From an uncultured Verrucomicrobiota bacterium (GTDB lineage Bacteria > Verrucomicrobiota > Kiritimatiellia > CAIVKH01), in NCBI GenBank assembly GCA_964470065.1, contig CAYYAR010000004.1, positions 26,329 to 90,328 of the forward strand: a stretch of 64,000 nucleotides of DNA, given 5' to 3'. A program made the position numbers and the translations under genes. Shown here one piece after another: positions 48,837 through 57,875 of this stretch. Below the pieces are notes generated by a model that saw only the letters and a program-made list of their open reading frames with translations, did no database searches and was not told the origin of the DNA. Position 1 is the first letter of the stretch. Each line of letters opens with the position of its first letter.

Positions 48837-50026
48837 GGTGCGTTCCCGGCAGAATGGTGATCGTTTTTGGGCGCCCGCAGCAGGCGGATACGCGCCTCTT
48901 CGCGGGGCAAATAAATAGTGAAGGTCGCGCCGGCCTTGGGTTCGCTGTGAATTTCCAATTCACCGCCGTGATCGCGCACGATGCGTTGTACGATCATCAA
49001 TCCGAGGCCCGAGCCTTCGCTCTTGGTGGTGAAGTAGGGTTCGAAGATGGCGCCGAGGTCGCCGGCGGGAATGCCGGGTCCGGTGTCGGTGAACGAGATG
49101 AAGACAAAGCGATCGTTGAAACCGAGGGTGATTTTCAGCAAGCCGCCGTTGGGCATGACCTGGATGGCATTGCGGATGATATTGAAGAAGGCTTGCTTCA
49201 TCTGGTTGGCGTCGATGCGGACGGTCGGGACGTCTTCGACCTCGTCCACTTCCACGAGCACATCGCGGTCCTTGATTTCCTGCTTCAGGAAGGCGAGCGT
49301 TTCGTTCAGCACATCGCCGAGTTGGCGCGGTTCGAGTTGGGGTTGGCTGGGGCGGAGGGCCCGCAGGAACTGGGTGATGATCTGGTCGAGGCGCTCAACT
49401 TCGCGTTGCGCCACTTCGACGAGTTCTTGCATCGGCGGGCGGTCGGCTTCGGCGAGGTGCTTCAGTTCGCGGTCGAGGAGTTGGAGGTGGATGGTAAGGG
49501 AGTTCAGCGGGTTGCCGATTTCGTGGGCCACGCCGGCGGCGAGGAGGGTGATGGCGTGGAGGCGTTCGGATTCGATGGTTTGGGTTTCCGCGTGGCGTTC
49601 GCGGGTGATGTCGCGGAGGATCATCACCGCGCCGCGCTCCTTGGCGTTCACGGCGGCGAGGGGGACCACGTAGAAGTCGACGAAACGATGCTTGGGGTAA
49701 TTAATTTCTATTTCGCGGCTGACCAGGCGCGACCATTCCTGTTCGTCTAATTTGAGCACCTGGCTCCATTCGATGTCGGGCAGAAAACGGGAAATGGTTG
49801 TGCCTTGCGCCGAGGACAGGCTGAAGCCTAGCATGTTTTCCGCCGCGCGGTTGGCGTAGGAAATATGTCCCTTGCCATCGAGGACGATGAGACCCTCTTG
49901 AATCGCGTGGAAAATGGTCTCGAGCAATCCCTTCTCGCCGGCCAAACGCAGGAATTGCGTCTGCAAACTCCCGGCATCCAATTTATCCAACCGCTCGATC
50001 AGCTTATCCAAAAACCCCGATTTCAT
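48833..50026 (-). CDS. Sensor histidine kinase (PAS + HisKA + HATPase, NtrB-like, cytoplasmic)
   Basis: H-box HEIGNPLNSL and N/G1/G2 boxes; no TM segments. The stop overlaps the start of the downstream sigma-54 regulator. Confidence 0.85.
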   Translation of the reverse strand: MKSGFLDKLIERLDKLDAGSLQTQFLRLAGEKGLLETIFHAIQEGLIVLDGKGHISYANRAAENMLGFSLSSAQGTTISRFLPDIEWSQVLKLDEQEWSRLVSREIEINYPKHRFVDFYVVPLAAVNAKERGAVMILRDITRERHAETQTIESERLHAITLLAAGVAHEIGNPLNSLTIHLQLLDRELKHLAEADRPPMQELVEVAQREVERLDQIITQFLRALRPSQPQLEPRQLGDVLNETLAFLKQEIKDRDVLVEVDEVEDVPTVRIDANQMKQAFFNIIRNAIQVMPNGGLLKITLGFNDRFVFISFTDTGPGIPAGDLGAIFEPYFTTKSEGSGLGLMIVQRIVRDHGGELEIHSEPKAGATFTIYLPREEARIRLLRAPKNDHHSAGNAP

Positions 50027-50082
50027 GGGCGCAAGCTACCACGGCTGCGCCAAATTGTCACTCGTTGGTGTTCGGAGTTCAA

Positions 50083-50122
50083 GGTTCGGGGTTCAGCAAC
50101 GTGGACCCCCGAACTCCGAACC
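50083..50122. repeat. Inverted repeat / hairpin (12-bp stem with one G.U wobble, 16-nt loop)
   Basis: GGTTCGGGGTTC ... GAACTCCGAACC, in the 5' leader region of the HK/sigma-54 operon. Confidence 0.5.
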
Positions 50123-50205
50123 CCAGAGGCACATAGGAACATACACTTTACCCCTCACAATCTTCCAGATGAAGAAGGCGTAGCTGAGTCGGTTGATGTG
50201 AGGTT

Positions 50206-50592
50206 CTACCAGATCCGTTTTAATGCGTAGCGCTCGAATATCGTATCCCGGCTGATAACCTGCCAGCCGCGCCGACGGGCTTGCACGACCATCAGGCGAT
50301 CAAATGGGTCGCCGTGATGGCGTTCCAAGGTTTGAATCATGGTTGTGTCTTCCCAGGTCAAGGGGAGCACTTGGAAACCATTTTCTTCAATCAGACGAGG
50401 GAGATCGCCGTCGAGGCGATAGGGCAATACAAGTTTTCCCAAGCCGATTTTTATGGCGGCCTCCCACACACCAATCAGCGGGATGAAGCATGAGAATGAT
50501 GATGTGCTCATGATTGACTTGGCGCTTTCACCGAAGTTCGCGTCGCCTTCGAAAAATCCAATCCAGGCATTGGTATCAACCAGATAATTCAC
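50206..50592 (-). CDS. vapC: PIN-domain toxin VapC
   Basis: MNYLVDTNAWIGFFEGD...; PIN acidic residues; 128 aa; its start overlaps the antitoxin stop. Confidence 0.8.
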   Translation of the reverse strand: MNYLVDTNAWIGFFEGDANFGESAKSIMSTSSFSCFIPLIGVWEAAIKIGLGKLVLPYRLDGDLPRLIEENGFQVLPLTWEDTTMIQTLERHHGDPFDRLMVVQARRRGWQVISRDTIFERYALKRIW

Positions 50593-50825
50593 TGGTATTC
50601 CTTGAAATCATCCAATGGAGCGTCAAAATCAGGCGCCATGTAGAACGTCTCACCCTTCGCGCATCCGAACTTGGCTGGTACCGCAAGGTTGGCCGGGCGC
50701 AACTCCGCCACCGGCTTGCCGTGGCGTGTGATGATAACACTCCCGCCCTTCTCGACCTCGTCCAACAGTCGGGACAAATGCGTTTTGGCTTCAAAAGCGC
50801 CAACTTCATGTCGTGTAGCAATCAT
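50589..50825 (-). CDS. Phd/YefM-family antitoxin
   Basis: 78 aa, AFEAKTHLSRLLDEVEKGGSVIITRHGKPVAEL (Phd/YefM fold signature). Confidence 0.75.
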   Translation of the reverse strand: MIATRHEVGAFEAKTHLSRLLDEVEKGGSVIITRHGKPVAELRPANLAVPAKFGCAKGETFYMAPDFDAPLDDFKEYQ

Positions 50826-51026
50826 GAAATTAAACTAGTTCAACTGGTTTAAATGTCAAGCATCGAGTCAACTTTTTTGGGGACATGTACGAGTTCAGCG
50901 TTGATGCCGGTTTGGCGAATGGGTACCAGTTCACTCATAGATCAATCTCGTGCGGTATCGACCAAATAAATACAGATTCGTCTTCCGGGGTGGGCGAGGT
51001 GGGCGCTTTCCGCAGCATAGCTGGCG

Positions 51027-51785
51027 GTGATCGCGATGACGGCGAGTCGCGGGGCGATGGCGGGCAGTGTCGTGGCGTTTATGGGGCTGTTGTTGTCGCG
51101 AAAAGGAATCCGTTCCGGGGGATGGGCTGCGGGTCTTGAGATGCTGATGTTTATTGGAACGCTCGTAATGGCGAATCCAACCACCCGCGGGCGACTGCAC
51201 GAGATCGTCGTGCTCGGCGCAGAGGCTCCGGCAATTGCCTCGCGCTTGTGGCTGCAGAAGGTTGCCTGTTCCATGTGGACTGAGCGCCCATGGACGGGTT
51301 GGGGGCCAGGTGCGTATGCCATTCAATACACGGAGCGGCTGGGCGATGTTTTGCCGGAAGAAAAAAACCATGCGATTCTGAAGAGCCTTGTGCATGCGCG
51401 TGAGCCGCATCATGACTTGCTGCAGTTCGGGGCCGAGTTTGGTCTCATTGGTGCTGCGTTGGCGGCGGATTTGCTGGCGCGCAGGATGGAATTGTGGCCG
51501 GAAAAAGATGCAGCGGCGCTTGGCCGGCTGGCCACGCTTTATCACCGGGCTGGGGAGTACGAAAAAGTTCTCTGGGCGGTCTACCGGTTGCGCCCGCGGA
51601 TGGATGTATATGTCGAAGAGCTCTATCCGGAAACCATGAATCTGGCCGGTGCGACGTTGATTCAACTCGGCCGGCCGGACGAAGCCGTCGTGTGGCTGGA
51701 GCGAGCGCTGGTCAAAAATCCTCAGCTCTTAAGTGCGCAGAAGAATTTGGAAAATTTACGTGGTGCGAGGGGCGAAGGTCCTTAA
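51027..51785 (+). pseudogene. O-antigen ligase (Wzy_C/WaaL)-like C-terminal fragment with a TPR tail; N-terminal TM region absent
   Basis: Contains the ligase periplasmic-loop motif (ERPWTGWGPGAY...HAREPHHDLLQFGAEFGLIGAALAA) but only 2 of the ~10 N-terminal TM helices. The ORF begins right after an in-frame stop. TPR-like C-terminus. Confidence 0.5.
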
Positions 51786-51819
51786 TAATGAAAGGTGATC
51801 AATAATTAAGGAGTGCATC

Positions 51820-52062
51820 ATGAGCGAGCCGGTTGTTGCCCAAAAGGCACCGTGTGCGGTGGAAGTAAAAAAGGGGGAGACGTATTACTGGTGCTCGTGC
51901 GGCAAAAGCGCCACGCAGCCGTTTTGCAATGGCTCGCACAAGGGTGGTCCGTTCCGGCCGTTGGCCTACACCGCCGAGGAAACCACAACCGTTTATTTCT
52001 GCGGCTGCAAGCATACCAAGGGTTCACCGCATTGCGACGGATCGCATAAAAACCTCCGCTAA
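51820..52062 (+). CDS. CDGSH iron-sulfur domain protein (two CDGSH motifs)
   Basis: 80 aa with C-x-C-x-S-x(5)-C-NGSHK and C-x-C-x(7)-C-DGSHK patterns. Confidence 0.85.
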   Translation: MSEPVVAQKAPCAVEVKKGETYYWCSCGKSATQPFCNGSHKGGPFRPLAYTAEETTTVYFCGCKHTKGSPHCDGSHKNLR

Positions 52063-52145
52063 GCGGCCGGTTTTTGCCGTTTGACATGAGCGGGGTGGAT
52101 CACTATATTCGCACCTTTGTTTTACGTGGGGAAAGAGAGCTGATT

Positions 52146-52388
52146 ATGAACGTTACCTATCTTGAAAAGGCCAAGGGCCGCATTTCGAACGTACCGCTGT
52201 TGATCAACATGGTCTCGCGACGGGTGCGTCAGCTCAACCGCGGCCAGCGTCCGCTGGTCAAGCCCGACCACAATCAGCAGGCCCATCTCGACATCGCGCT
52301 GAAGGAAATTGCCGAGGGCAAGTTGACGGCGGAGTTTACCGCCACCGCCTCGACTAATACCGCGCTCGATAATCTGATCGCGCTTTAA
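52146..52388 (+). CDS. rpoZ: DNA-directed RNA polymerase omega subunit-like
   Basis: ...LLINMVSRRVRQLNRGQRP resembles the RpoZ core (LVxLAAKRARQL); its position upstream of smpB is suggestive only. Confidence 0.5.
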   Translation: MNVTYLEKAKGRISNVPLLINMVSRRVRQLNRGQRPLVKPDHNQQAHLDIALKEIAEGKLTAEFTATASTNTALDNLIAL

Positions 52389-52414
52389 TCCGGGTTCAGC
52401 CCGGTGCCGCGCCC

Positions 52415-52900
52415 ATGACCGCCGGCTCATCCAAACACTCCGATGCCGGCGGCGTCCTGGCGACCAACCGCAAGGCATCGTTTTCGTACCATCTCCTCGA
52501 AAAATTCGAAGCGGGTATTGAACTGCGCGGCGCCGAAGTGAAGTCGATCCGCGAAGGGAAAGTCAGCCTGAACGAAAGTTTTGCCCGCCTGGAAGGACAA
52601 CAAGTCTACATCTACGGCATGCATGTGCTGCCGTACGTTCACAGTCGTCTGGAGACCCAGGACCCCGTGCGACCCCGCCGTTTGCTGTTGCATCGCAGCG
52701 AAATCAACAAGCTGACCGGGCAGGTGGCGGAAAAGGGACGCACACTGGTTCCGGTGAAGCTGTACCTGAAACGCGGATTCATCAAGCTGGAGATTGCGCT
52801 TGGCAAGGGCAAGGAGCTTGTCGACAAGCGTGAAACCATCAAGCGTCGCACGACCGAGCGCGAGACCGCGCGCGAAGTGGCGCGACATGCCCGCCGATAA
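52415..52900 (+). CDS. smpB: SsrA-binding protein
   Basis: NRKASFSYHLLEKFEAGIELRGAEVKS...VPVKLYLKRGFIKLEIALGKGK, a typical SmpB. Confidence 0.9.
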   Translation: MTAGSSKHSDAGGVLATNRKASFSYHLLEKFEAGIELRGAEVKSIREGKVSLNESFARLEGQQVYIYGMHVLPYVHSRLETQDPVRPRRLLLHRSEINKLTGQVAEKGRTLVPVKLYLKRGFIKLEIALGKGKELVDKRETIKRRTTERETAREVARHARR

Positions 52901-52917
52901 GCCCTCCGGCCGGCGCG

Positions 52918-54765
52918 TTACATTCTCAGCTGCTGCCCCTGAACCATCTCCCGGAAGAGGCCCTCCATCGCGACAAGTTCGTCGTAGGCGCCGTCCTGGA
53001 CGATTCGTCCCTGCTGCATGACCAGGATCCGGTCGCATGTTTTCACCGTGGCCAGGCGATGGGCAATAAACAGCGCCGTGCGTCCGGCGCTTTCCGCTTC
53101 GAGGCTGGCTTGAATGAGTTGCTCGCTGACGGTGTCGAGCGCGCTGGTGGCCTCGTCAAAGATGAGCACCGCGGGCGACTGGAGCAGCACGCGCGCAATG
53201 GCCAAACGTTGGCGCTGGCCGCCGCTCAAGGTGGAGCCGCCCTCGCCGACAAGTTCGTCTAGCTGTCCGGGCAGCTCGCGAATAAACTCCCACGCATGCG
53301 CCCGTTCGCACGCGCGCACGATTTCCGCATCGGTGGCATCCGGCCGCGCCACACGTACGTTATCACGTACGCTTGCGCGGAACAGGAAGGGGTCCTGCGG
53401 GACCACGCCGACCCGGCGGCGTATGGCCGCGCCCTCGCAATTCCGCAGGTCGATTCCGCCCATTGTCAATCGCCCCTGCTGGGGATCATACAACCGCAAA
53501 ACGAGTTGCATCATGGTGCTTTTCCCCGCGCCGGATGGACCGACCAGGGCTACGCGTTGACCTTGCGGCAACACTAAGTCGATGTCGTGCAACGCCGGTT
53601 CGCGGTTGTCTTCATACCGAAACGTCACATGCTCGTAGACCAGTTCGCCACCCGCCGGAGCCGTAACGCGATCCGCCGGCCGCGGATCCGGTGTGGTGCT
53701 CGCGGTTTTGAGGACATGGCCAATTCGCTCCAGCGATGCCTGCGCGCCGCCATACAGCGAGAACGAGGTGAAAAGTTGGGTCAGCGGACCGGTGATGCCG
53801 TTGAAGGCGTTGAGGTAGGCGGCAATGACGCCCGCATCGGCATGGCCGCTCATGTAGCGCACGCCGGCAACGATGATCAGTACAGCGTAGGCGATATAGG
53901 TCACCGTCTCCTGTTTCATGTATTCGATGTGACCCTTCACCGCGAGTTCGTAGCTTTTGTTTCCAATTCGGGTGGCTTCCGCCTCGAATTTATCCGCGAT
54001 GTGTTCCTCCATGGCATACAGTTTTACCGCGCGATTTCCCCGCAGAAGATCCGCGGTGTGACCGGCTACATCGCCCTCGGCCTGCTGGTAATCCTTGTTC
54101 AACTCGCGCATGCGCTTCCGCGCCTGGTTCATCACGATGACATTTCCAAGCGCGGTCAGGAAAAGCACCCCGGTCAGGACCGGATCCCATAGCCCAAGCA
54201 TGACGAGGGTCGCGAGCAGCGTGAACAGGGCTCCCGGTACGCCCATGGAACTATGCTGATAAAATTGAATCACCTGATTGAGGGGCGCGCCAAAAAGATA
54301 ATTGAACAATTCGCCGGATGAATGTTTGCCGTGAAAGCGCAGGCAGAGGTGATTGACGTGGCGGAAGAAATAACTCCGCATGACAAAAAGCACACGTTCG
54401 CGGACATGGGTAAAGAAGCGGTAACCGGTGTGCCAGGAAAGCATGCGGCCGAAGGTCGACACGATGAAATACACGCCGGCGAGAAGCAACAGGCGGGTGA
54501 TGCGCTCGCGCGGGCTCAGGCCGTCAAGCATGAGAATATCGCTGATCAGCCATTTCGGCGTGAGATTTTGAAATGCCACGGCCATGCCGTGCAGGGCGTT
54601 GAGCGCGATCGCGGCGAGAAGGTGGGGTATCCAGGGACGAAGCATCGGGCGAGCCAGTGACATCGCCGTGACGTGATCATGGGTGGCGATGGCCTGCTCC
54701 ATGAGCATTTCCGCGCTGCGGATTCTCGGGTTATCTCTCATGGGAAAAAGCGATCCTTGGTCCAC
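52918..54765 (-). CDS. ABC exporter, fused permease/ATPase (MsbA-like)
   Basis: 6-TM domain plus an NBD with Walker A GPSGAGKST, LSGGQRQR signature, and Walker B ILIFDEATSALD. Confidence 0.85.
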   Translation of the reverse strand: MDQGSLFPMRDNPRIRSAEMLMEQAIATHDHVTAMSLARPMLRPWIPHLLAAIALNALHGMAVAFQNLTPKWLISDILMLDGLSPRERITRLLLLAGVYFIVSTFGRMLSWHTGYRFFTHVRERVLFVMRSYFFRHVNHLCLRFHGKHSSGELFNYLFGAPLNQVIQFYQHSSMGVPGALFTLLATLVMLGLWDPVLTGVLFLTALGNVIVMNQARKRMRELNKDYQQAEGDVAGHTADLLRGNRAVKLYAMEEHIADKFEAEATRIGNKSYELAVKGHIEYMKQETVTYIAYAVLIIVAGVRYMSGHADAGVIAAYLNAFNGITGPLTQLFTSFSLYGGAQASLERIGHVLKTASTTPDPRPADRVTAPAGGELVYEHVTFRYEDNREPALHDIDLVLPQGQRVALVGPSGAGKSTMMQLVLRLYDPQQGRLTMGGIDLRNCEGAAIRRRVGVVPQDPFLFRASVRDNVRVARPDATDAEIVRACERAHAWEFIRELPGQLDELVGEGGSTLSGGQRQRLAIARVLLQSPAVLIFDEATSALDTVSEQLIQASLEAESAGRTALFIAHRLATVKTCDRILVMQQGRIVQDGAYDELVAMEGLFREMVQGQQLRM

Positions 54766-54805
54766 TCATTGCCGGGTTTGATGGAAGCTAACGCGCGCAT
54801 GCTTA

Positions 54806-55951
54806 TCACTCGTTTCGCAAGGCATCGGCCGGTGTCAACGAGGCGGCGGTGTGGGCGGGATACCACGAGAAGATCAAGCCGAGCAACATGGAGGCGATCA
54901 GCGGCACAACAAAAACCGGCCAGGTCCATGCCGCCGGCAACGCCATGGTTTCACGCGCGAGAAAGAGCAAACCAATCCCGGACAGCATGCCGACGGCGCC
55001 GGCGGCACATGTGGTGATTATTCCCTCGCACAGAAACAGCAGGAAAATATCCCGCCATGATCCGCCGATCGCCATACGCAAGCCGATTTCCGCCACGCGT
55101 TGCTGGATGCTTACCATCATCAGGCTGAACAAGGTCACGCCGCCGAGCGCCAGACAAAGTCCGGCCACGCTCCCGTAGACCATGCGGATGGTGCGCATCA
55201 TGTTGCGCGTGCTGGCAATCAGGGTTTCCGGTGTGACCACGGATAACGCGGCCCCGTGGCGCCGCTGATCGGACTCTAAGTCCCGCTGCAGCCTGGTCAC
55301 GACATAATCGATTTCCATCTCCGCTGGTTTCTTCACATACACCCGGTCGTAGGTGATCAGCGTCTGCGACTCGATATTCCACCAGGCCGGCGCGGTGACG
55401 GGAAGAAGCAGCAGCGCTTCGCGCACATTGCTGATGATGCCGATAACTTGCAGCGCGGTTTCGCGCACGATGAGCGGGTCACCGGGTTGGAGGTGCAGTC
55501 GTTCGGCGAGTCCGGCGCTGATTACGGCGTACGGGGCCCGTGCGGACAGGTCGCGAACATCCAGCCAGCGGCCAGTGGCCAGTCGCCAGCCCCGCACGGC
55601 GGGATGGTGTGCATCCGTGGCCAGCACGGTGACGGAACCGAGGAGCGCGTCCTCGTTGAGCGAGTACATCCGGACACCCGAAGCGAGGGCGCCCGGGGCA
55701 AGTTGCTCCAGCCGGATCAGCGATTCCGGGTTCAGCCAGCGGTCCGGTCCCGGCGGATGTTCGATCATGATCACATCCGCTCCGATCTCGGCAATTTGTG
55801 ATCGTGCGCGTTCCTGCAAACCGGCGAGAATCGCCAACAGCATGCAGAGCGCCAGCATGCCGATAGCCACCGACACAAACGTGAGCGCGGTCTTGAGCGG
55901 GCGGGTGAGGAGGCTTTCCTGCACATCCCGCCAGAACCAGGATCGATTCAT
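54806..55951 (-). CDS. ABC transporter permease, FtsX/MacB-type
   Basis: Start MNRSWFWRD (ATGA overlap with the ATPase stop). N-terminal TM, a large periplasmic domain and a C-terminal 3-TM FtsX domain. Confidence 0.8.
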   Translation of the reverse strand: MNRSWFWRDVQESLLTRPLKTALTFVSVAIGMLALCMLLAILAGLQERARSQIAEIGADVIMIEHPPGPDRWLNPESLIRLEQLAPGALASGVRMYSLNEDALLGSVTVLATDAHHPAVRGWRLATGRWLDVRDLSARAPYAVISAGLAERLHLQPGDPLIVRETALQVIGIISNVREALLLLPVTAPAWWNIESQTLITYDRVYVKKPAEMEIDYVVTRLQRDLESDQRRHGAALSVVTPETLIASTRNMMRTIRMVYGSVAGLCLALGGVTLFSLMMVSIQQRVAEIGLRMAIGGSWRDIFLLFLCEGIITTCAAGAVGMLSGIGLLFLARETMALPAAWTWPVFVVPLIASMLLGLIFSWYPAHTAASLTPADALRNE

Positions 55952-56625
55952 GCCACCGGCCACAAGGCGCCCTCCCGGCATTCGTAGTGCGTTCCCGCGT
56001 AGGCGAGCAGCGATGGATTGTGGGTGACCAGCAACACGGCGATGCCCTGCGCGTGGATGCCGGCCAGTGCGTTCATGACCGCGCTGGCCGCGGCGCGATC
56101 GAGATTGCCCGTGGGCTCGTCGGCCACCAGCAGCGCGGGCGGAATCAGCAGGGCCCGGGCGATGGCTACGCGTTGCATTTCGCCTCCGGACAGAAGACGC
56201 ACGGCGCGGTCCGCGATGCCGGAAAGGCCCAGTTGATCCATGATGCTCCGCGCGCGATCGGCCAGCGTCTCGTCCGGTTGCTCGATGTAGCGGGCGCGGA
56301 AAAGCACATTCTCCCATGCGGTGCGATGGGGCAGCAGACAGAATTTTTGAAAAATCATGCCGATCTTGTGTTTGCGTACCTCGATCCGTGCTTGCTCGTC
56401 CGCATGTTGCACCTCGCGGCCTTCGACATAAATTTCACCCCGGGTGGGTTGATCGAGAAGGCTGATCAGATTCAGCAAGGTGGTTTTGCCGGAACCGGAT
56501 GGCCCGGTGATGGCGCAGAATTCGCCCGCCCGCAACTGCCAGTTAACGCCGCGGAGTACCGGTACCGGTCCGCCGGGCGTCAGGTAGGTCTTGTGCAGGT
56601 CGCGAACCTCGATCACCGGGGTCAT
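55948..56625 (-). CDS. ABC transporter ATP-binding protein (MacB/LolD-like NBD)
   Basis: Walker A GPSGSGKTTLLN, signature LSGGEMQRVAIARAL, Walker B LLVADEPTGNLD. Confidence 0.9.
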   Translation of the reverse strand: MTPVIEVRDLHKTYLTPGGPVPVLRGVNWQLRAGEFCAITGPSGSGKTTLLNLISLLDQPTRGEIYVEGREVQHADEQARIEVRKHKIGMIFQKFCLLPHRTAWENVLFRARYIEQPDETLADRARSIMDQLGLSGIADRAVRLLSGGEMQRVAIARALLIPPALLVADEPTGNLDRAAASAVMNALAGIHAQGIAVLLVTHNPSLLAYAGTHYECREGALWPVA

Positions 56626-57875
56626 GGCGTTGGATCAGGCGTTTGCACCACATCGCCTTCATCGAGTCCAGTGCGCACGACAAAGTGTGTTTCGTTGCCG
56701 GGGCCGAGCTCAAGGGTGCGTCGTCCGGCTCGACCGGAAGCGCGGACGATACACCAGGGCTGGCCCCGCTCCCAGCCTACCATGGCGCGGGGCACGAGCA
56801 GCGCTTGCGCCTCGGCCTGCGACAGTATTTGCACTGTCACTGTCATGCTCGAACGCAAACGTTCGTCGGTTTCATCAAGTCGTATGACCACGTTGAAGAA
56901 TTTTTGCCACGCCGGTTTGCCGGCCACCGACACGGCTACGGACCCGACGGATTCCACGCGGCCACCGAGTTGCAGGCCGGGAAATGCAATGGGGGAAATC
57001 AGCGCTGGATTTCCCGGCGTTACCAGCGAGACGCTCGACTCCGGCACCTGACAATGCACCAGCAGCGAGCTCATGTCGGCGATCTGGGTGATCTTCTGGC
57101 TGCGGAAAAGCGTGTCGCCTTCGCGCACATTCCGGAACTCGCCGTCGATATGTACCGGCAAATGCACCACCATGCCGGAGATGGGCGCGGTCATGCGGGC
57201 GCCCTCCACTTGTTCACGCACCACGTGCAACTGGCGCTCGGTGGCTTCAATTTGCGCGCGTATTTTTGCTTCGCGGGCGGGGTGAGTGACATCACGCATG
57301 CTGGCGAGACGGCTTTCTTGAAAAGCGACCTTCATGGTCAGGTTGGTGAGCAACATCTGTTGGCTTTCCTCCTCGGATGCGGAGACCAGCCCTTCCGCCC
57401 GGAGTCGCCCGGTATTCTCCACAATCCGCCGCTGTTTTTGCTCGTCATAGCGCAGGGTGGCCAACTCATTTTCCGCCGAGGTTAACTCGCCGGGAATATC
57501 CGCGCGCAGCAGGGTTTGGAGTTCGCTTTTCGCCAGCGTATAATCCCGCTCGAGACCGGCGAGCGTTTGATCGAGCGAGGACCGGTCAAGCTCGGCGACC
57601 AGATCGCCGGTTTCAACCAGGCTCCCCTCGGGAGCAAGAAAAAGCACGGCCGAAGGCTGGCTGATTTTCGAGTACATCGGCGCGCGACGCTCCGCTTGCA
57701 CGCTGCCCTCGAACATGGACCATACGGTAAACTCGCCGCGCGTGATAACATGGGTTTGAATGCGGCCGGCCGCGGATGGCCGGCGGCAACGGATCACGCC
57801 GAGCGCCACCACTATGACCACCGCCATCCACGGCACCAAGCGACGGAAAAATTTATTTTTCAGGTTTGAGTTCAT
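56622..57875 (-). CDS. Efflux periplasmic adaptor (HlyD/MFP family)
   Basis: Start MNSNLKNKFF with an N-terminal TM, coiled-coil hairpin and beta-barrel regions typical of membrane fusion proteins. The ORF N-terminal extension is rejected. Confidence 0.8.
   Translation of the reverse strand: MNSNLKNKFFRRLVPWMAVVIVVALGVIRCRRPSAAGRIQTHVITRGEFTVWSMFEGSVQAERRAPMYSKISQPSAVLFLAPEGSLVETGDLVAELDRSSLDQTLAGLERDYTLAKSELQTLLRADIPGELTSAENELATLRYDEQKQRRIVENTGRLRAEGLVSASEEESQQMLLTNLTMKVAFQESRLASMRDVTHPAREAKIRAQIEATERQLHVVREQVEGARMTAPISGMVVHLPVHIDGEFRNVREGDTLFRSQKITQIADMSSLLVHCQVPESSVSLVTPGNPALISPIAFPGLQLGGRVESVGSVAVSVAGKPAWQKFFNVVIRLDETDERLRSSMTVTVQILSQAEAQALLVPRAMVGWERGQPWCIVRASGRAGRRTLELGPGNETHFVVRTGLDEGDVVQTPDPTP

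Noticed and set aside
50931-51665. 244-aa minus-strand ORF overlapping the O-antigen-ligase-like fragment.
   Set aside because: The translation is Arg/Gln/Pro-rich nonsense, whereas the plus-strand frame carries the Wzy_C motif and TPR repeats.
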